This document shows positions 58,612-64,000 of a DNA stretch of 64,000 bases, piece by piece. Both the position numbers and the translations under genes were made by a program. The number at the start of each line of letters is the position of its first letter. The stretch's first letter is position 1. This stretch comes from Bdellovibrionales bacterium (GTDB lineage: Bacteria; Bdellovibrionota; Bdellovibrionia; Bdellovibrionales; UBA1609): positions 58,887 through 122,886 of the forward strand of contig DAHVQG010000007.1 of the NCBI GenBank assembly GCA_027317865.1, written 5' to 3'. Under the pieces are notes generated by a model. That model did no database searches, was not told the origin of the DNA, and saw only the letters and a program-made list of their open reading frames with translations.

Positions 58612-60581
58612 TGCGTAATTCACAAAAAACCATGGCTCTTTGGGCGATCTTTTTGGTGCTTGGAGTGTTGTTTTTTCAGATGTACCAAGCCCAAAAGCAC
58701 TTAACGATCCAAAATTTCAATTATCCGAAATTCGTTGCGGCTTTAAAGGCCGGCGAAGTCAAAGATGTCACATTTCGAGACGGTGAAATTTTAGGCGACG
58801 TCAAAGCTCAATACAAAGATAAATTCGGTGGCGCTACCAAATTTCAGATTGTCGGCAATACAGGCAGTGACGGTTACAAACTCGTTGTGGCAAATGGCCT
58901 TGTGCCGAATTACGAGCGCAACGACAACTCATTCATGACTTCGTTATTTCTGAATTGGCTCCCACTTATTTTGATTATCGTCATGTTTCTGTTTTTGTTT
59001 CGGCAGATTCAAGTTGGTGGCGGCAAAGCCATGAGTTTTGGCAAATCGCGAGCCCGGCTTCTGACTGAAAATAAGAATCGAGTCACGTTTCGAGATGTGG
59101 CTGGGGTTGAAGAGGCAAAACAAGAATTGGTTGAAATTGTCCAGTTCTTGAAGGACCCCAAAAAGTTTACGCGCCTGGGTGGGCGTATTCCTAAAGGAGT
59201 TTTGTTGGTTGGCCCTCCTGGGACAGGCAAAACTTTACTGGCTCGAGCCGTAGCGGGTGAGGCCAACGTTCCATTTTTTACTATTTCGGGCTCTGACTTT
59301 GTCGAGATGTTTGTCGGCGTAGGCGCGAGCCGCGTCCGTGATCTTTTTGATCAAGGTAAGAAAAATGCGCCCTGCCTTATTTTCATCGATGAGATCGATG
59401 CGGTAGGTCGGCATCGTGGAGCCGGTATGGGCGGCGGACACGACGAACGCGAACAGACACTGAATCAGTTGCTTGTTGAGATGGACGGTTTTGAAAGCAA
59501 TGATGGCGTAATTTTAATTGCGGCCACAAACCGGCCCGACGTGCTTGATCCGGCGCTGTTACGACCGGGCCGGTTCGACCGTCGAGTTGTTGTCAATCGT
59601 CCCGACCTGAACGGTCGCGAACAAATTCTTCAAGTGCACACTAGAAAAACGCCGCTCGCTTCGAATGTCGACGTATCAAAAATTGCTCGCGGCACGCCCG
59701 GTTTTAGCGGAGCCGATATTGAAAACCTAGTTAATGAAGCGGCACTCATCGCAGCGCGATCAGATAAAAATCGTGTTGAAATGTCTGATTTTGAACACGC
59801 AAAAGATAAGATCTTGATGGGTAGCGAACGCAAATCTATGATCGTGAGCGATAGTGACCGGCGCATCACCGCCTATCACGAAGCCGGCCATACGCTTGTG
59901 GGCAAAATTTTACCGGGACTAGATCCGGTACATAAGGTTTCGATTATTCCACGGGGCATGGCGCTTGGAATTACCCAAACGCTCCCCAAAGAAGATTTGT
60001 TGCATCTCACTCGCAGCAAAGCTGAAAACACAATTGCAATGTTGTTTGGCGGTCGAGCGGCAGAAGAACTGATTTTTAAAGATTTCACGACGGGTGCCGG
60101 TAATGACATCGAACGCGCAACATCCATGGCTCGCAGTATGGTTTGCGAATGGGGAATGAGCGATAAAATCGGCCCACTAACACTTGAAAAACGCGAAGGC
60201 CCTGTTTTTCTGGGGATGCAGTCGACCCATCAGCGCGAGTATTCTGATCAGAAAGCTCAAGAAATCGACGCCGAAGTGAAACGAATTGTCGACGAAGCTC
60301 ATCAAAAAGCGCTCCAAGTTTTGAAAGATAATATGCAAGCGCTTCACAATCTTGCAAAATCACTTCTTGAACACGAGACGATCGACGGCGAAGAAGTCGA
60401 CATGATTATCTCAGGTGCATCGATTGAAGATATCGCCCGTCGGCGAGCTGAGACTAAATCAAAACTCGAAGAAGAGCAGCGAATTGCTAAAGAAGAAGAA
60501 GAAAAGAAAAAGAATTTGGCGGCTGCAACAGGTTCGGGGTCTCGTGATCCGTTGGGGAATCCAGGTCCGGTTACCGCGTAG
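58611..60581 (+). CDS. ftsH: ATP-dependent Zn metalloprotease FtsH
   Basis: [14 protein letters not shown], second region of homology, HEAGH. Confidence 0.98.
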   Translation: MRNSQKTMALWAIFLVLGVLFFQMYQAQKHLTIQNFNYPKFVAALKAGEVKDVTFRDGEILGDVKAQYKDKFGGATKFQIVGNTGSDGYKLVVANGLVPNYERNDNSFMTSLFLNWLPLILIIVMFLFLFRQIQVGGGKAMSFGKSRARLLTENKNRVTFRDVAGVEEAKQELVEIVQFLKDPKKFTRLGGRIPKGVLLVGPPGTGKTLLARAVAGEANVPFFTISGSDFVEMFVGVGASRVRDLFDQGKKNAPCLIFIDEIDAVGRHRGAGMGGGHDEREQTLNQLLVEMDGFESNDGVILIAATNRPDVLDPALLRPGRFDRRVVVNRPDLNGREQILQVHTRKTPLASNVDVSKIARGTPGFSGADIENLVNEAALIAARSDKNRVEMSDFEHAKDKILMGSERKSMIVSDSDRRITAYHEAGHTLVGKILPGLDPVHKVSIIPRGMALGITQTLPKEDLLHLTRSKAENTIAMLFGGRAAEELIFKDFTTGAGNDIERATSMARSMVCEWGMSDKIGPLTLEKREGPVFLGMQSTHQREYSDQKAQEIDAEVKRIVDEAHQKALQVLKDNMQALHNLAKSLLEHETIDGEEVDMIISGASIEDIARRRAETKSKLEEEQRIAKEEEEKKKNLAAATGSGSRDPLGNPGPVTA

Positions 60582-60621
60582 TGGTGGCGCCGTACAAGAT
60601 TGACACGGCAAGGGCGTTATT

Positions 60622-61431
60622 GTGGGCTTTTGGACGGACGTCGAAAAACTACAATTTTTGATTAAGCAAGTGGGTTGGCGCGACATCGTCGATTTACTAT
60701 TGGTCTGGTTTGTCATTTATCGTGCACTTCTACTTACAAAAAGTTCGGGCGCCGTCCAAATCTTGTCGGGTATGGGTGTACTCGCAATTGCGTATTTTAT
60801 CAGCCATTGGCAAGGCTTTATTACCTTCAACTGGATTCTCGATCTTTTCTTTTCTAACCTGTTTTTGATTGTTGTAATTTTATTTCAGGGTGAAATTCGC
60901 CGGGCTTTGGCCCATATCGGGTCGAATCCGCTTCTTATCGGCTCGGCAACAATGGAAACTCGCCAGAACCTCGACGAAGTGGCCAAGGGCGCAATGGAAT
61001 TGGCTAAAAAAGGGATCGGAGCACTCATTGTGGTCGAACGCGACATTGTTCTAGACTATTTTATCGAGCCCGGAACTGAACTTGACGCAGTTATTTCGTC
61101 GGATCTGATCAGCTCGATCTTTGCGCCGACAAGCCCTCTCCACGATGGCGCGATGATTGTTCGTAACGGAAGAATTTTTTCTGTCGGCAATTTTTTGCCG
61201 CTTTCAAAAAGCGCGGTCTTAGATAAACACAAGGGGACGCGGCACCGGGCCGCTTTGGGATTGGCCGAACAGACTGATGCTCTCATCATGGTTGTTAGTG
61301 AAGAAGCTCGCAGTGTCAGTTTGTTTTACGGCGAGGTTATAAAGACTGATCTTGATATGCCAACACTGTTGAATTCGCTTTACCAAGAAATGGGTCTAAG
61401 GTTGCGGCCCGAGAAAGTTGCAACTGCATGA
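60622..61431 (+). CDS. dacA: Diadenylate cyclase CdaA/DacA
   Basis: Three TM segments, LHDGA, GTRHRAA, VSEE. Confidence 0.93.
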   Translation: MGFWTDVEKLQFLIKQVGWRDIVDLLLVWFVIYRALLLTKSSGAVQILSGMGVLAIAYFISHWQGFITFNWILDLFFSNLFLIVVILFQGEIRRALAHIGSNPLLIGSATMETRQNLDEVAKGAMELAKKGIGALIVVERDIVLDYFIEPGTELDAVISSDLISSIFAPTSPLHDGAMIVRNGRIFSVGNFLPLSKSAVLDKHKGTRHRAALGLAEQTDALIMVVSEEARSVSLFYGEVIKTDLDMPTLLNSLYQEMGLRLRPEKVATA

Positions 61432-61865
61432 GTTCTAGACGTTGGCGGATTTGGTTTCTGGATCTTTTTCGTGAAAACTGGCTTTATAAAATCGTGGCGC
61501 TCATCGTTGCGGCGGCGGTTTGGGCGACAACAATTTACGGGCAAAAAGACACAATTATGATAAAGACATTGAACGTCGAGTACATTTTGCGCCCTCAATA
61601 CATCATCGCAAATAATTATTTGCGAACGGCCCAGGTGAAGGTAGCCGGTCCACACGAAGCGTTGAGAACTTTTGCCATGTCGGCATCACCGCTCGTGATC
61701 AATTTGGCGAGTCAAAAAGTCGGTGAAGATGTTATTCCGCTCTTAGCTTCAAATGTAGAAGTCCCTTTGGGGGTAAAAGTGTTGTCGATTCGGCCTAATT
61801 TTATAAAAATCAGAATTCGAAAAGCGCATGTACGTTCGCATTCGACCAAAGGAGCGGTCAGATGA
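61428..61865 (+). CDS. cdaR: CdaR/YbbR-domain protein
   Basis: NWLYKIVAL..W TM anchor, single YbbR-like domain, position between dacA and glmM. Confidence 0.78.
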   Translation: MSSRRWRIWFLDLFRENWLYKIVALIVAAAVWATTIYGQKDTIMIKTLNVEYILRPQYIIANNYLRTAQVKVAGPHEALRTFAMSASPLVINLASQKVGEDVIPLLASNVEVPLGVKVLSIRPNFIKIRIRKAHVRSHSTKGAVR

Positions 61866-63247
61866 GCCAAAATAAAAGAAAATTATTCGGCACAGATGGG
61901 ATACGGGGCACGGCAAATCGCGACCCGATGACGCCTGATATCGCTCTCAAAGTCGGCCAAGCTTTGGGTTATGTTTTGAAAAGTTCGCCAAGCGCGCCCA
62001 TCCGAAAGGGACTGCCTCGAACGGTTCTTATTGGTAAAGACACACGGCTTTCGGGTTACATGATCGAGCAAGCGATGGCGTCGGGTCTAAATTCAATGGG
62101 TGTGCGGGTATTGCTAACCGGGCCGCTACCGACTCCAGGCATCGGTTTTGTCGCACAAAACATGCGCGCTGATGCCGGGGTGGTAATTTCAGCGTCGCAC
62201 AACGCGTACCACGATAACGGCATCAAAATATTTGGTTCCGACGGTTTTAAAATCGACGCGTTGATGGAAGAAGAGATTGAACGCCTTGTGTTCGAAGAAG
62301 ATATATCCGCGCTTCTTGAAGATCCGGATCGCATCGGCCGCACCCGGCGAATAGACGACGCCGACGGCCGTTATATTGTTTACGCGAAAAATACTTTTCC
62401 GCTCAATTTGAGTCTCGAAGGGATGCGCATTGTTCTCGATTGCGCGAACGGCGCGGCATACAAAGTTGCTCCCGCAATTCTTGAGGAGTTAGGCGCAGAA
62501 GTCATGGTCATCGGCAACGAGCCGAATGGCCGCAATATCAACGACAAAGTGGGTGCGCTTTACCCGCATCGAATAAGTGAAGAGGTCGTACGATTTCGCG
62601 CGGATGTCGGTGTTTCGCTTGACGGCGATGCGGATCGGGTGATGATGGCCGATGAGCGTGGTCACATCGTAAACGGCGATCATATTTTGGCTATTTCGGC
62701 ACTTCATAAAAAGGACAAAAAACAACTTGTACACGATACGGTTGTGGCGACCGAAATGAGCAACATCGGTCTCGAACAATGCCTCAACCGGAGCGGCGTT
62801 CAACTAGTTCGTACTGATGTCGGCGACAAGTACGTTGTCGAAGAAATGCGCAAAAACGGCTATAACTTAGGCGGTGAACAGTCGGGCCACATCATTTGCC
62901 TAGACCACAGTACCACGGGAGATGGGATCGTCGCGGCACTGGATGTGTTATCAGTCATGCGGTCAACCGGGCGCAAATTGAGTGACCTCAGCAACGTAAT
63001 GATGGATGTGCCGCAAGTTTTGGTTAACGCGCGCGTGAAATCGCGTGCCGAGTTGAAGGAGATCCCAGGGTATGAAGAATTGATTGCCAAGGTACGCGAC
63101 CGATTAAAAGGGCGCGGGCGCGTGTTTGTGAGATTTTCAGGTACAGAACCCGTTGCGCGTGTACTTGTTGAGGGGCCGGATAAACGATTGATTTCAACTT
63201 TTGCCGAAGAAATTGCGAATCTAATTCAGTCGCACTTGGGCCGGTAG
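61862..63247 (+). CDS. glmM: Phosphoglucosamine mutase
   Basis: FGTDGIRG, SASHN, DGDADR, GGEQSGH, RFSGTEP. Confidence 0.96.
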   Translation: MSQNKRKLFGTDGIRGTANRDPMTPDIALKVGQALGYVLKSSPSAPIRKGLPRTVLIGKDTRLSGYMIEQAMASGLNSMGVRVLLTGPLPTPGIGFVAQNMRADAGVVISASHNAYHDNGIKIFGSDGFKIDALMEEEIERLVFEEDISALLEDPDRIGRTRRIDDADGRYIVYAKNTFPLNLSLEGMRIVLDCANGAAYKVAPAILEELGAEVMVIGNEPNGRNINDKVGALYPHRISEEVVRFRADVGVSLDGDADRVMMADERGHIVNGDHILAISALHKKDKKQLVHDTVVATEMSNIGLEQCLNRSGVQLVRTDVGDKYVVEEMRKNGYNLGGEQSGHIICLDHSTTGDGIVAALDVLSVMRSTGRKLSDLSNVMMDVPQVLVNARVKSRAELKEIPGYEELIAKVRDRLKGRGRVFVRFSGTEPVARVLVEGPDKRLISTFAEEIANLIQSHLGR

Positions 63248-63253
63248 CACTCT

Positions 63254-64000
63254 ATGCGCCTGGCAACTGTGGAGCAATGTCGGACTCTCGATAATTTATC
63301 TGTTCGCACCTACGGACTTGCTCAAGATACTTTAATGGAAGCTGCCGGCATCGTGGCGGCCCGTGAGTTACAACAAAATTTTTATCCGGAATTGAGCCGC
63401 GGGATGACCGTCATTGTTTGTGGTCCCGGAAATAACGGGGCCGATGGTCTCGTGGTTGCACGACATTTACATTCCACGGGGTTTCGCGATTTATTGGTGG
63501 TAACCGTTGCGCCAAAAGATAAACGCTCGACTTTGTTTCGTTTACAATACGAACGCGCGCGTAAGCACGGCATTCACTTCGATTCGTCGCTTGAAGCACT
63601 TTCGAATGCCGAGTTAATCGTCGACGGACTATTTGGAATCGGATTAAATAAAAAACCAGCCGGAGCCTTTCAAAAAGCCATTGAGAAAATCAACGCGTGC
63701 AAAGTGCCGGTTGTGAGCCTGGATACTCCGTCGGGACTTCAATGTGACAGCGGTATAACTGCTGGAGTGGCCATTCAAGCGCACACAACGTTAACGTTTG
63801 GACTCGCCAAGCCCGGATTTTTTATCGCCGACGGCCCTGCGTGTGTCGGCAAATTGCGGGTTTTACCGATCGGCTATGCCTATGAGTGTGTGCGAAAGAC
63901 CGCGACGACGCATTTTTTGTTCAACGAAAAACTCGCGCGCAGATATTTGCCGGAACGTAAAGACCGAACGAACAAAGGGGATTATGGCCGGCTCGTCGTG
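63254..64000 (+). CDS. nnr: NAD(P)HX epimerase/dehydratase (YjeF), runs off the window
   Basis: My translation: LMEAAG, CGPGNNGADG, VDGLFGIG, DTPSG, NKGDYG. Confidence 0.9.
   Translation, partial: MRLATVEQCRTLDNLSVRTYGLAQDTLMEAAGIVAARELQQNFYPELSRGMTVIVCGPGNNGADGLVVARHLHSTGFRDLLVVTVAPKDKRSTLFRLQYERARKHGIHFDSSLEALSNAELIVDGLFGIGLNKKPAGAFQKAIEKINACKVPVVSLDTPSGLQCDSGITAGVAIQAHTTLTFGLAKPGFFIADGPACVGKLRVLPIGYAYECVRKTATTHFLFNEKLARRYLPERKDRTNKGDYGRLVV

Overview
Bacterial chromosome segment. The gene content and promoter types suggest Bdellovibrionota, which is an inference rather than a search result. Left core region (1-24.4 kb): S8 protease, carD-gltX-cysS-uvrB, uvrC, nfeD-stomatin, spoIID, a minus-strand thrABC operon, a three-lipoprotein operon with a sigma54-type promoter, a XerD-like recombinase, comM/yifB and tRNA-Cys(GCA). 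A ~15-kb integrative element (24462-39539) sits in the tRNA-Cys 3' end, bounded by a 14-bp direct repeat. It encodes a tyrosine integrase and excisionase plus an unusual replication module: a family A DNA polymerase (Leu762 type, one +1 frameshift), a SpoVG-like protein, a hairpin cluster and an HUH rolling-circle Rep. No capsid or conjugation genes are recognisable. Its cargo comprises a UvrD helicase-PD-(D/E)XK nuclease with a SIR2-domain partner (defence candidate, one internal stop), a small protein plus retropepsin pair, a DEDD exonuclease, and a diverged copy of a neighbouring host lipoprotein gene with its ~200-bp promoter region. attR contains a perfect tRNA-Cys acceptor-stem microhelix. 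thrA has no canonical start codon. A mixed accessory region (39.6-56.5 kb) follows, then core genes tilS-ftsH-dacA-cdaR-glmM-nnr.
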